Shown here piece after piece: positions 1 through 9,597 of a DNA stretch of 37,702 nt. Under the pieces are notes generated by a model. It ran no database searches. It saw only the letters and a list, made by a program, of their open reading frames with translations, and was not told where the DNA came from. Position 1 is the stretch's first letter. Each line of letters opens with the position of its first letter. Where the stretch lies: the sequence record SRR31156797_17769, one strand, 5' to 3'. Both the position numbers and the translations under genes were made by a program.

Positions 1-1107
1 ATCGGCAAGGCCAATATGGATGAATTCGCCATGGGGTCTTCCACTGAAAATTCCGCATTTTTCCAGACCGGCAACCCGTGGGATACTGATCGTGTTCCCG
101 GTGGATCGTCCGGTGGTTCCGGTGCGACTGTTGCCGCAGGCCAGTGCTATGCTGCTCTTGGTACGGATACCGGCGGCTCCATCCGCCTGCCTGCCTCATT
201 TTGTGGCATCGTTGGCCTCAAGCCGACCTATGGCCGTATTTCCCGGTTCGGCCTGATCGCTTACGGGTCTTCGCTTGACCAGATTGGTCCCATGACCCGT
301 AGTGTCGAAGACGCTGCCCGCATGCTGCAGGTTATGGCCGGACATGATGCTAAGGATTCCACTTCCGTGGACGTGGATGTGCCGGATTATCTGGCCGCAT
401 TGGGGCGTGAGAATTTGGACGGTGTGACCATAGGTTTGCCCGAGGAATACTGGGGTGAAGGGCTGGATGTCGAAGTCGAAGAAGCATGTAAGGCTGCCGT
501 CACCAAGATGGAAGCATTGGGTGCCAAGACCGTACCTGTGAAGCTGTCGCTGACAGATTACGCTATTGCGACCTATTACATTATTGCCATGGCAGAGGCT
601 TCAAGCAACCTGTCACGGTTTGATGGCGTGCGGTTCGGGCATCGCAACAAGGATGCTGCGGAACTTATCGATATGTATACCTCCAGCCGGACTGAAGGGT
701 TTGGAGATGAGGTGCAGCGTCGTATTATTATGGGAACTTACGTGCTTTCCAGCGGTTATTATGACGCATATTACAACAAGGCCGCCAAGGTTCGTCGTCT
801 CTTGCGTGAAGATTTCGACAAGGCGTTTGAGCAGTGCGATCTCATTGCTGGTCCGGTATGCCCGACCACGGCCTTCAAGGCTGGCGACAAGGCCGACCCG
901 TTGCAGATGTACCTGATGGATATTTTTACCATTTCAGCCAACCTGGCAGGGCTGCCCGGTATGAGCTTGCCCGTAGGACTTGGCAAGGATTCCGGCATGC
1001 CTGTAGGTCTTCAGTTCATGGGACCTGCATTTTGTGAAGCGGACATGCTTTCCGTCACAGAGTGCCTTGAACGGAATCTTGATCCCATGCCCATGGCTGA
1101 TTTGTAA
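1..1107 (+). CDS. gatA: Asp-tRNA(Asn)/Glu-tRNA(Gln) amidotransferase subunit A (5' truncated by window edge)
   Basis: Frame open from base 1 ([18 protein letters not shown]). Amidase signature [36 protein letters not shown], and [19 protein letters not shown]. Confidence 0.97.
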   Translation: MGKANMDEFAMGSSTENSAFFQTGNPWDTDRVPGGSSGGSGATVAAGQCYAALGTDTGGSIRLPASFCGIVGLKPTYGRISRFGLIAYGSSLDQIGPMTRSVEDAARMLQVMAGHDAKDSTSVDVDVPDYLAALGRENLDGVTIGLPEEYWGEGLDVEVEEACKAAVTKMEALGAKTVPVKLSLTDYAIATYYIIAMAEASSNLSRFDGVRFGHRNKDAAELIDMYTSSRTEGFGDEVQRRIIMGTYVLSSGYYDAYYNKAAKVRRLLREDFDKAFEQCDLIAGPVCPTTAFKAGDKADPLQMYLMDIFTISANLAGLPGMSLPVGLGKDSGMPVGLQFMGPAFCEADMLSVTECLERNLDPMPMADL

Positions 1108-1128
1108 GCATACACATACTGTTGAGAT

Positions 1129-1164
1129 AGCCGGTTGTGAGCGTTGCTTTACAACCGGCTTTTT
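1129..1164 (+). terminator. Intrinsic terminator after gatA
   Basis: Inverted repeat AGCCGGTTGT (1129-1138) / ACAACCGGCT (1151-1160) followed by TTTT. Confidence 0.75.
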
Positions 1165-1232
1165 CATTTGAATTACCTGTGGTAAAAGTGTGCTGAAGGT
1201 TTTTTTTTTAGCGTGAGGCTGGAGATATTTTT

Positions 1233-2273
1233 ATGACAATCGCCGTTGCTGTATCAGGAGGCATGGACAGCCTGCTTGCTTTGGCTCTGCTCAAAGAGCA
1301 GGGGCATGATCTTATGGCTGTGCACGGCCATTTTTTGCCGCCGTCATCTGCTTGGGGTAAGGTTGAAGATGGACTGTCGGCTGTGTGCGAACGTCTTGAT
1401 ATTCCCTTCCATGCGCTTGATTTACACGAAGAATTTGAAAAGCGGGTGGTCGCTCCTTTTGAGGCGGACTATCGAGCTGGCTTGACCCCTAACCCGTGTG
1501 CGTTGTGCAATCCGCGTATGAAGTTCGGGGTACTCTTTGATGCTGTTCGCGCTCTGGGGGCGGACAGACTTGCAACTGGACATTATGTGCAGATGGAAGA
1601 GCGGGGCGAGTTGGGGCGTATGCTTGTGCGGGGTGCGGACAGTACCAAGGATCAGAGTTATTTCCTTTCACTTGTTCCCATTGAGACTTTGCGCCTGTCA
1701 GTGTTTCCTTTGGCGGAGACCTTGAAAAAAGATGTTCTCGCCATTTTGGCTGCTCAGGGATTGACGCCACCTGTTCCGGGAGAAAGTCAGGAAATCTGTT
1801 TTGTGCCCGATGATGATTATCAAGCTTTCCTTTCCGGGCGTGGTATCATGCCCGGACCGGGAGCTGCAGAACTCCCGGACGGCACAGTGGTTGGTGAACA
1901 TCAGGGATTGTGGCGGCATACGCAGGGGCAACGGCGGGGCTTGGGCATTCCGTGGCAGGAAGCCTTGTACGTACTGGACAAGGATGTGGCGCGGAATGTA
2001 CTCATTGTTGGGCCCAAGTCGGAGTTGGCATCGGATGGATGCGTGGCTGGTCTGGTCAATCTCATGACCGCCGTAGAGACGTGGCCTGAAGTTGTTATGG
2101 TCCAGACGCGATATCGCCAGCAGGCCAAGCCGAGCCATGTGACTTTGGTCGATGGCAAATTGCAATTTGCATTTTTGGAACCCCACACGCGCCCAACACC
2201 GGGGCAGGTGGCCGCTGTTTACGATGATGACGGCGTTGTGCTCGGTGGTGGGGTCATAGAAAAAACGCTGTGA
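1233..2273 (+). CDS. mnmA: tRNA 2-thiouridine(34) synthase
   Basis: SGGMDS PP-loop, TPNPCALCN, ATGHY, KDQSYFL, ESQEICF, GQRRGLG, TPGQ motifs; GGAG RBS upstream. Confidence 0.95.
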   Translation: MTIAVAVSGGMDSLLALALLKEQGHDLMAVHGHFLPPSSAWGKVEDGLSAVCERLDIPFHALDLHEEFEKRVVAPFEADYRAGLTPNPCALCNPRMKFGVLFDAVRALGADRLATGHYVQMEERGELGRMLVRGADSTKDQSYFLSLVPIETLRLSVFPLAETLKKDVLAILAAQGLTPPVPGESQEICFVPDDDYQAFLSGRGIMPGPGAAELPDGTVVGEHQGLWRHTQGQRRGLGIPWQEALYVLDKDVARNVLIVGPKSELASDGCVAGLVNLMTAVETWPEVVMVQTRYRQQAKPSHVTLVDGKLQFAFLEPHTRPTPGQVAAVYDDDGVVLGGGVIEKTL

Positions 2274-2831
2274 TTACCAGCGCGACGGGAGTATATCCGT
2301 GCGCTCGCGCATCTCTCGCTGGTAGCCGTCACTTCGATTCTTGTTCATGACTTCGTGAATCTTTTGAGCCGTGAGTTCCGGCTTTTCTTCCAGATATGCA
2401 GCAGACCGTTGTACTTCGCTCGTCATCCGATAGTTGTCCGGGTCGCGGTAGGATTTGAGCAGGGCGAATCCTTCGTCTCTTTTTCCCTGATATATACGTG
2501 TCAGGCCGAGATAATACGTTGCGTCTGGGTGGTTTGGGTATTTTTGCAAATTGGATTCAAAGGTTTGGCTTGCTGCGTCATAGTCGCCTTCGTTCATGGC
2601 GACGACCGCTTTTTTGTTACTGGCATAGATGTCGCTTGGCCCGTTGGGGAGAAAGTCCTTGTATGCGGTAAAGGCGACACCCGCACCGGTTTGTGCTCCT
2701 ATGCCGACCCCGGTTCTCCCACCGCCAGTTCCGACTCCTATGCGAGAGGTGCCGGTATGCATGCCCACGCCTACGCTGGTATTACAGGAGCAGAGCAAGG
2801 CCAGCAGTACGATACAAAAAAGATAACGCAT
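2274..2831 (-). CDS. TPR-repeat lipoprotein with Gly-rich N-terminal segment
   Basis: Signal peptide and lipobox-like LLCSC; TPR-like YDAASQTFESNLQKYPNHPDATYYLG; AGGAG RBS. Confidence 0.8.
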   Translation of the reverse strand: MRYLFCIVLLALLCSCNTSVGVGMHTGTSRIGVGTGGGRTGVGIGAQTGAGVAFTAYKDFLPNGPSDIYASNKKAVVAMNEGDYDAASQTFESNLQKYPNHPDATYYLGLTRIYQGKRDEGFALLKSYRDPDNYRMTSEVQRSAAYLEEKPELTAQKIHEVMNKNRSDGYQREMRERTDILPSRW

Positions 2832-2841
2832 GGTTTTCTCC

Positions 2842-3333
2842 TTATTTGAAGTCAGCCCGTTTATCCATGGTCATGCCTTCTGTCCACGCCTGAGCCATTT
2901 TGTCGATGAGGTATTCGGTCGTGGCGTCGGTGTTGCCCGTGAGCTGATGAGCCATACTTGTGACAGAACGGGTCACTTCGGGCTTGCCTGGATAGCGGAA
3001 GTTGGTCAGTATGCCGAACCCTGCCGTACGGTCGCCTTGTGCAAGGGTGGACAGTCCAAGATAAAAGACGGCTTGAGGGTATCCCGGTTCAACCTGAGTG
3101 GCAGCCGTGAAGTTTGTCTCGGCCTTGGCGTAATCGGCCAGATTGTAGTACGCACGACCAAGGTTGGTCAGCAAGATGACGGAATCGGGGTTTTGTTCCA
3201 AGGCGGTTTCATAGTAGGTTGCCGCAGCCTGATAATCCTTGACGGTCATGGACATGTTTCCGGCGTGTTTTGGCGAAGGCGCACAGGCCAAGGTTATGAA
3301 GGCTATTGTTATGAGAAGAAATAATTTATTCAT
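2842..3333 (-). CDS. TPR-repeat lipoprotein
   Basis: MNKLFLLITIAFITLAC lipobox; TPR units YQAAATYYETALEQNPDS..NLGRAYY and ..PGYPQAVFYLG. Confidence 0.8.
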   Translation of the reverse strand: MNKLFLLITIAFITLACAPSPKHAGNMSMTVKDYQAAATYYETALEQNPDSVILLTNLGRAYYNLADYAKAETNFTAATQVEPGYPQAVFYLGLSTLAQGDRTAGFGILTNFRYPGKPEVTRSVTSMAHQLTGNTDATTEYLIDKMAQAWTEGMTMDKRADFK

Positions 3334-3390
3334 TGGTTCGATCCCGGCAAAAAAGTTTATGTATTATCCAAGCGAGTGCCAGAGCATATC

Positions 3391-4683
3391 ATGATTACCT
3401 TTTATACCGCTACCCTGGGTTGCAAGATCAACCAATATGAAACCCGATCCATTGGTGAAGCATGGGCCGGGGGGGATGCTCGTGAGGTGTCCACTCCGCA
3501 GGAAGCCAATCTTATTTTGGTCAATTCCTGTGCCGTGACCGCCAATGCCGTGGCCGATTTGCGGCAATCCGTCCGTCGTTTTCATCGCGACAACCCGAAG
3601 GCCGAGATTATTATTACCGGCTGTGCGGCCCAAATCATGCCCGAAGAATTGGGCAAGCTGCCCGGTGTGGTTCGTGTGGTATCACAGGAAGACAAACCGC
3701 AACTCCTTGAAGGACCGGAAGGGACGAGTCAACCGGGTACGGACAAGCCGGGATTCGCGCCGTTTTCCATCAACGGATATGGTCGTGCTCGTGCCGTGGT
3801 CAAAGTACAGGATGGTTGCTCCCATAATTGTACCTATTGCATTATTCCGACCACTCGCGGTAAATCCATCAGCCGTCCGGTGAACGAGGTGGTGGATGAG
3901 ATTTCTCGTCTGCTGGTTGCAGGATTTCGTGAATTTATTTTGAGCGGAATCAATTTGCGACATTTCGGGCGCGGATTGGATGAAAAAATCGATTTTTGGG
4001 ATTTGATATCCCGCCTTGAATCCGAGTTTGGTCTGGATTGGGCCGGCCGAGCGCGGTTTCGCATTTCATCTGTTGAGCCGGGGCAGCTTACTGATAAGGC
4101 CCTTGATGTCCTGAATCGATCCTCCATGGTCTGTCCGCAATTGCATCTTTCCTTACAAAGCGGTGACCCTGAAGTTCTTCGGGCCATGGGGCGCGGACAT
4201 TATGATCCATTGTCCGCAGTGACTTTTTTGGAACGTCTCCGTGAGCATTGGCCCGTCATCGGACTCGGTGCAGATCTTATCACCGGATTTCCCGGAGAAA
4301 CTGAAGCGCAGTTTGAGAATACCATGGAATTATGTCGTGCTTTGCCAATGACCTACGGGCATATTTTCCCGTATTCCGAAAGACCGGGAACGCGGGCTGC
4401 CGACATGTTGGATTCCGTGGATGTCCCCATACGCAAGGCGCGCGCTGCTCGATTACGGGAATTAGTGAATGAAAAGAAAAAGTCTTTTTTGAATTCCCTG
4501 CTCGACCAACCCCATCTCGACGTGCTTGTTCAGGATGACAAGGGGCGTGGGGTCAGTGAGTATTATGCGGCCTGCCGTTTTGTTACCCTGCCAGCAGGGA
4601 CCAAGCCGCGTTCTCTGGTCCGGGCGAGACCTGTAAGACTGGAGAAAAATGTGATTCTGGTTGAACCGTTGGAGATCGCATGA
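3391..4683 (+). CDS. mtaB: MiaB-family tRNA methylthiotransferase, MtaB-like (alternative GTG start at 3376)
   Basis: TLGCKINQYE, VNSCAVT, ITGCAAQ (UPF0004 domain); radical SAM motif QDGCSHNCTYC; HLSLQSG; D.ITGFPGETE; FPYSERPGT. Confidence 0.85.
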   Translation: MITFYTATLGCKINQYETRSIGEAWAGGDAREVSTPQEANLILVNSCAVTANAVADLRQSVRRFHRDNPKAEIIITGCAAQIMPEELGKLPGVVRVVSQEDKPQLLEGPEGTSQPGTDKPGFAPFSINGYGRARAVVKVQDGCSHNCTYCIIPTTRGKSISRPVNEVVDEISRLLVAGFREFILSGINLRHFGRGLDEKIDFWDLISRLESEFGLDWAGRARFRISSVEPGQLTDKALDVLNRSSMVCPQLHLSLQSGDPEVLRAMGRGHYDPLSAVTFLERLREHWPVIGLGADLITGFPGETEAQFENTMELCRALPMTYGHIFPYSERPGTRAADMLDSVDVPIRKARAARLRELVNEKKKSFLNSLLDQPHLDVLVQDDKGRGVSEYYAACRFVTLPAGTKPRSLVRARPVRLEKNVILVEPLEIA

Positions 4684-5216
4684 GTACGCCGAAAACCCCT
4701 GAACCGGGATTGTTGATCATATCCATATTGAGCGCGAATTGGGATGCGTTCTGGCCGGATCTGCTCAAGGCTTTGGAAGAACGTTTCGGCCCTGCGGATG
4801 ACATTTGTGAGCCGTTCGCGTTTGATCAGACCGGGTACTACGATGCTGAATTGGGTACACCGATCACTCGCCGTATTGTTTCCTTCGAGAAGTTGCATCC
4901 GCTCGATGATTTGGCGGATATCAAACTGTTCACAAATGCATTGGAAAAGCGGTATGCTGATGGTGATAATCGGGTGTTTAATCTTGATCCCGGATTCATC
5001 ACGTTGCAGAGTCTTGTTTTGGCAACGGGTAAGAAATTTTCGCACCGTATTTACCTCAAAGAGGGAATATGGGCAGACTTGACTCTGATCTGGCAGAAAA
5101 AACAGTGGGTTGTCTTTCCATGGACATTTCCCGACTATGCCGGAGAGGACATGAAATCTCGGCTGACAAAGTTGCGTCAGTCGTATAAAAACACGCTGAG
5201 CAAGCCGCAAACGTAA
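4680..5216 (+). CDS. DUF4416 family protein
   Basis: TGYYDAELG, NLDPGFI, LATGKKFSHRIYL..GIWADLTL, PWTFPDY motifs typical of this family; ATGA overlap with mtaB. Confidence 0.8.
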   Translation: MSTPKTPEPGLLIISILSANWDAFWPDLLKALEERFGPADDICEPFAFDQTGYYDAELGTPITRRIVSFEKLHPLDDLADIKLFTNALEKRYADGDNRVFNLDPGFITLQSLVLATGKKFSHRIYLKEGIWADLTLIWQKKQWVVFPWTFPDYAGEDMKSRLTKLRQSYKNTLSKPQT

Positions 5217-5260
5217 GAGTGTCGACAACACGCGGCTTCCAACCATAAAGGAAGAAAAAT

Positions 5261-6142
5261 ATGCCTGTAAGTATGACCGGATTCGGTCGTTTTGAAACCA
5301 ATGAAGACGCCTGGACACATGTTTGGGAAATCAAGAGTGTTAACGGCCGTTATCTCGACGTTAAATGGCGCATGCCCGGTTACCTGCGTTCCCTTGAGAA
5401 CGGATGGGAAAAGATCGTTCGTACCTACGCCTCACGCGGAAGGGTGGACGTATCCCTGAACCTTGAAGTGCTGGATTCCGGCATTCTTGGTATGACTTTC
5501 AACGAGACCATGGCTCAGGCCATGTTTGAGCAGATGGAAAAGCTCGCCCAGTCTCGTGGTGAGAAGTTTGAGCCTGATTATAATCGGGTGCTGTCCATGT
5601 CCTCTTTGTGGCGTGACAACGGTTCTGAGCCTGATCCCGGTTTGTCCGAGAGTCTGACGAATGGTCTTGAGGCTGCGCTGAAGGATTGGGTTGATTCCCG
5701 TTCTGTGGAAGGTGAGGCCATGGGTGATGATCTCACAACTCGTCTGGATACCCTGCGTGACCTTGCACAGAAAGTGGCGACTCGTATTCCTGATATTCTT
5801 GAAGCCAAGAAATCCGCACTCAGGCAACGCATCATCGATATGCTCGACTCGGCCAATGCGGAGTTTTCCGAAGACCGGATGCTTCAGGAAGTGGCTTATC
5901 TTACAGACAAGCTGGATGTTTCCGAAGAGTTGACCCGTCTGGATGCTCATCTGGATCGCTTGAGCGAAGTCCTGGCAGCCAAAGGGAATGTGGGTAAGAA
6001 GCTCGATTTTTTGGTGCAGGAAACTTTCCGCGAAATCAATACCTGCGGCAACAAGGCTCAGGACACCGAGGTCAGTCGACTGGTCGTTGATTTCAAAGCT
6101 GAGTTGGAGCGGTGTCGCGAACAGGTCCAGAACATAGAATAG
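5261..6142 (+). CDS. yicC: YicC/YloC family endoribonuclease
   Basis: SMTGFGR, EIKSVNGRYLD, DVSEELTRL, GKKLDFLVQE..REINTCGNK, REQVQNIE C-terminus. Confidence 0.93.
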   Translation: MPVSMTGFGRFETNEDAWTHVWEIKSVNGRYLDVKWRMPGYLRSLENGWEKIVRTYASRGRVDVSLNLEVLDSGILGMTFNETMAQAMFEQMEKLAQSRGEKFEPDYNRVLSMSSLWRDNGSEPDPGLSESLTNGLEAALKDWVDSRSVEGEAMGDDLTTRLDTLRDLAQKVATRIPDILEAKKSALRQRIIDMLDSANAEFSEDRMLQEVAYLTDKLDVSEELTRLDAHLDRLSEVLAAKGNVGKKLDFLVQETFREINTCGNKAQDTEVSRLVVDFKAELERCREQVQNIE

Positions 6143-6169
6143 ATACTTTCTGAAAACCGGAAGGAAACT

Positions 6170-6424
6170 ATGCAGAAGCAGGGATTACTCAACGTCGGTT
6201 TCGGTAATTTCGTTGTCCTCGACAGGGTCATTTCCATCGTCAATCCATCCAGTGCCCCCATGCGGCGGTTGAGGGAAGACGCGCGTGCTGATGGACGGCT
6301 TATCGATGCCACTCAGGGACGTAAAACCAGGGCCATTATTGTGACTGATTCCAATCACGTGGTCCTGTCAGCCATTCAGGCGGAAACCATTGGTCAGCGG
6401 TTCAGTGCTGACGAAGGGGAATAG
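6170..6424 (+). CDS. remA: RemA/DUF370 family regulator
   Basis: [40 protein letters not shown]; conserved yicC-remA-gmk order. Confidence 0.9.
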   Translation: MQKQGLLNVGFGNFVVLDRVISIVNPSSAPMRRLREDARADGRLIDATQGRKTRAIIVTDSNHVVLSAIQAETIGQRFSADEGE

Positions 6425-6429
6425 AATAG

Positions 6430-7071
6430 GTGAAGCAAGAAGATCATAAATTCAGGCTGGGACAGGTCCTTGTGGTTTGTGCTCCCAGCGGCACCGGCAA
6501 GTCCACGCTGATATCCATGCTTCGGGAAGAGTTCTCGGATTTTGGATTTTCCGTATCCTATACCACTCGTGCACCGCGTGGTGAGGAACAGAATGGGCGT
6601 GAATACAATTTCATTTCTCGCGAAGCTTTTGTGGCAATGCGGAGCCGGGGAGACTTTTGCGAATGGGCTGAAGTTCACGGTAATTTTTATGGAACGGCCA
6701 CCAAGCCGGTGGAAAAGATGCTCGATTCCGGGCGGGACGTGCTGTTTGATATTGACGTGCAGGGCGCCAAGCAACTCAAGAAAACGTTCTACAAAGGGAC
6801 GTTCGTTTTTCTGTTGCCACCGTCCCGTGAAGAACTTGTGCGTCGGCTTGAAGGACGTGGCACTGATTCCGCCGATTCTATTGAACGTCGGTTGAACAAT
6901 GCTATTGGTGAGCTTTCTCAGGCCAAGTGGTTTGACTATTGGGTGGTCAATGACTCTTTGGATGAAGCGTACCAAGAGCTGAAGGCTGTATATCTGGCTG
7001 GTAAATGCAAGCCTTCGTTGCGCCCCGGTATTTTAGGTAATATTCAAAAGACATGGGAAAACGATGGCTGA
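6430..7071 (+). CDS. gmk: Guanylate kinase
   Basis: [10 protein letters not shown]-loop, [33 protein letters not shown]. Confidence 0.96.
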   Translation: MKQEDHKFRLGQVLVVCAPSGTGKSTLISMLREEFSDFGFSVSYTTRAPRGEEQNGREYNFISREAFVAMRSRGDFCEWAEVHGNFYGTATKPVEKMLDSGRDVLFDIDVQGAKQLKKTFYKGTFVFLLPPSREELVRRLEGRGTDSADSIERRLNNAIGELSQAKWFDYWVVNDSLDEAYQELKAVYLAGKCKPSLRPGILGNIQKTWENDG

Positions 7072-7768
7072 TCTAGTTGTTGCGCTTGATTACAAGGATG
7101 CTGAATCCGCTTTTGCCATGGCACGGACTCTCAAAGGGGCCGCGCCGTGGATGAAGGTCGGTTTGGAGTTGTTTACTGCCGAGGGGCCGAAAGTTGTTTC
7201 CGGTCTCAAGGAGATGGGATTCAAGGTCTTTTTGGACCTGAAATTCTTTGATATTCCCAATACCGTACAGGGCGCGGTCCGTTCCGCAGTTCGTTCCGGG
7301 GCGGATATGGTCAATATTCATGCCTTGGGTGGAGAGCGTATGGCCAAGGCCGCCATGGTTGGATGCGCCGAAGGCGTTGCTTCCGGGCAGGAATCTCCCA
7401 TGGTGCTCGCCGTGACCATGCTGACCAGTATGGCCGCCGGAGATCTGCCTGTTGACAATGCGTCCGACCCTTCTGAGATGGCCCTTGACCTGGCTGTGAA
7501 AGCCAAGCAATATGGCTTAAATGGAGTGGTTTGCTCCGGCCTTGAAGTCGAGCGAATCAAGGACGCCTGTGAGAATGACTTTATTTGTTTGACACCGGGC
7601 ATTCGGCCGGCTTCGGCGGATGCAGGTGACCAGCGACGGGTAGTGACTCCCGCGCAAGCTGTTCGGAGTGGTTCCGATTACCTTGTGGTGGGACGGCCTG
7701 TTACGCAGGCAACGAATCCACGGGATGCCGCTTTGGCGATTGTCGAGGAGATGGAACAGGTCAAGTAG
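7064..7768 (+). CDS. pyrF: Orotidine-5'-phosphate decarboxylase
   Basis: [44 protein letters not shown]. Confidence 0.96.
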   Translation: MADLVVALDYKDAESAFAMARTLKGAAPWMKVGLELFTAEGPKVVSGLKEMGFKVFLDLKFFDIPNTVQGAVRSAVRSGADMVNIHALGGERMAKAAMVGCAEGVASGQESPMVLAVTMLTSMAAGDLPVDNASDPSEMALDLAVKAKQYGLNGVVCSGLEVERIKDACENDFICLTPGIRPASADAGDQRRVVTPAQAVRSGSDYLVVGRPVTQATNPRDAALAIVEEMEQVK

Positions 7769-7777
7769 GAGCGTTTG

Positions 7778-8677
7778 ATGTCCGATCAGGAATCAACAGT
7801 GAGGGCCGAGCAGGAAATCGTTCGCGATGGTGCAGAAAAGATCAAGGGTATCTTTTCCACTCAGACCGTGGCGAAGGTCGGCACTGGTACGACGCAGCGA
7901 AAGACCATTCAGAAAACCTACTGGGATGTCGAAGAGCAGGATGAAACCATTATTTCCGTTCAGCCTTTGAATAGGAATTATGTTCCATCCGGTCCCAAAC
8001 GACAGATTGAACGTGATGATTTCCTTACCAAATTCAATCCCGAACCCGAATTTTATGTCAGCACAGTATACCCGGCCATCAAGGAGATGGACGGTGCCAT
8101 CGTGCGTGGCGAGAAGCATCGGGAGCGGGGAGCGGCCTACAGTGCAGAATTTGAATATCAGCAGGCCATGTCCATTGATGAGGAAAACGTTCGTGCCAAC
8201 TTTGGTTTGGGATTGACGTATCTTGATCGCGGTGATCAGGTGAAAGCCAACGATATTTTTGAACGGCTGGTCGGATTGGAAGCGGCTTTTGAGGCTGAGC
8301 ATAAGCATCTGTTTAATGATTTCGGCATCAACATGCGTAAAAACAAGATGTATGATCAGGCCTTGCAATACTATCTGCGTGCTGAAGAATTGGTGAAGAA
8401 TGACGAGCACCTTTTTCACAATATTGCCCGGTGTTACTTTGAAAAGGGCAATGTAGATGAGTGCAAGAAATATCTGATCAAGAGTTTGGCGGTTAACCCG
8501 GATCTCGAAGCAAGCAAACAATTTTGGACTTATTTACAAACTCAAGGATACGTTAAAGACGGCGAAGCGCCGGGCGTGTCTATCGAATTGCAGCCTCGTG
8601 ATTCTTCTCAGAGTGAGAAAAATGCGGGGAAGTCGAATGGGGCGGGCGGTGCTCCTCTTTCCATGAATTTGGATTAA
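7778..8677 (+). CDS. TPR-repeat protein
   Basis: Several TPR units (ENVRANFGLGLTYL; HLFNDFGINMRKNKMYDQALQYY; DEHLFHNIARCYF); AGGAG RBS. Confidence 0.85.
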   Translation: MSDQESTVRAEQEIVRDGAEKIKGIFSTQTVAKVGTGTTQRKTIQKTYWDVEEQDETIISVQPLNRNYVPSGPKRQIERDDFLTKFNPEPEFYVSTVYPAIKEMDGAIVRGEKHRERGAAYSAEFEYQQAMSIDEENVRANFGLGLTYLDRGDQVKANDIFERLVGLEAAFEAEHKHLFNDFGINMRKNKMYDQALQYYLRAEELVKNDEHLFHNIARCYFEKGNVDECKKYLIKSLAVNPDLEASKQFWTYLQTQGYVKDGEAPGVSIELQPRDSSQSEKNAGKSNGAGGAPLSMNLD

Positions 8678-8719
8678 CGGGGTCAGAATTCGCTGTATGG
8701 CGAATGAGTAGGAGTTTCC

Positions 8720-9580
8720 ATGAATCAGGATAGAGTTCAGGATTTCCTTCGAGAGCTTCCGGGAATGCGTGAGGATTTACCGTTTTCTCCAGAGGTCTTA
8801 CAAAAGCTTTTTGTCCAGACAGGGAAAGGGTCAGTGGCTTCTCTTGAGGATGTGGGTGAGACATTAAGCATGGATCAGGGGTTGACCACGCGTATATTGA
8901 GTCTTGCCAATTCCGCATATTACGGATTGCAAGCCGAGGTCCAGTCTGTTACTCGCGCAGCCGCTGTTCTTGGTATGGCTGAAATTCGCAACATTGTTAT
9001 CGCTCTGGGTGTAGCCGGTTTGACTAAGGCGTACTCGATCCCGGAAGATTTTGACCTTGGAGAGTATTGGTCGCATCAGTTTCTTGTCGGCATGGTCTCC
9101 AAAGAGTTGTCCCGTATGACCGATGTGGGAAAACCTGACAATATGTTCACCGTGGGGTTGCTGCATGATATCGGCAAGCTTATTACGGCATTGAAACGGC
9201 CTGATGATTGGCAGGCCATTCGTGAACTGGCTGAAGACGATGAGTTGACCGACTCGGTGGCCGAAGAGGAATATTGGGGATTGGACCACGCCGTTGTCGG
9301 TGCGTTGGTGCTCAAGTCTTGGGATTTGCCTGCGGATTTGGTGGAGCCAGTTAACTGGCATCATTCCCCGGCATTGGCCCCGGATCATTCCCTTGAAGCC
9401 AATATTATTTGTCTGGCAGATGCCGTGGTCCGCACCGTTGAAGATTCCGAGAGTTTTTATGCCGAGAAGGTCGAACAACTTTGCTCGGACGTGGAAGTTG
9501 ATATGGATGATATCATGGAGACTGCCGAAGAGATGTTCGAATCCGGTGATATCGAACAATTTGTGAAAACACTTTCCTAA
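8720..9580 (+). CDS. Stand-alone HDOD domain protein
   Basis: DQGLTTRILSLANSAYYG, AAVLG, YWSH, GLLHDIGKL, E...GLDHA.VG..VLKSWDLP, VNWHH. Confidence 0.9.
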   Translation: MNQDRVQDFLRELPGMREDLPFSPEVLQKLFVQTGKGSVASLEDVGETLSMDQGLTTRILSLANSAYYGLQAEVQSVTRAAAVLGMAEIRNIVIALGVAGLTKAYSIPEDFDLGEYWSHQFLVGMVSKELSRMTDVGKPDNMFTVGLLHDIGKLITALKRPDDWQAIRELAEDDELTDSVAEEEYWGLDHAVVGALVLKSWDLPADLVEPVNWHHSPALAPDHSLEANIICLADAVVRTVEDSESFYAEKVEQLCSDVEVDMDDIMETAEEMFESGDIEQFVKTLS

Positions 9581-9597
9581 CCTATCTGGAATATACA

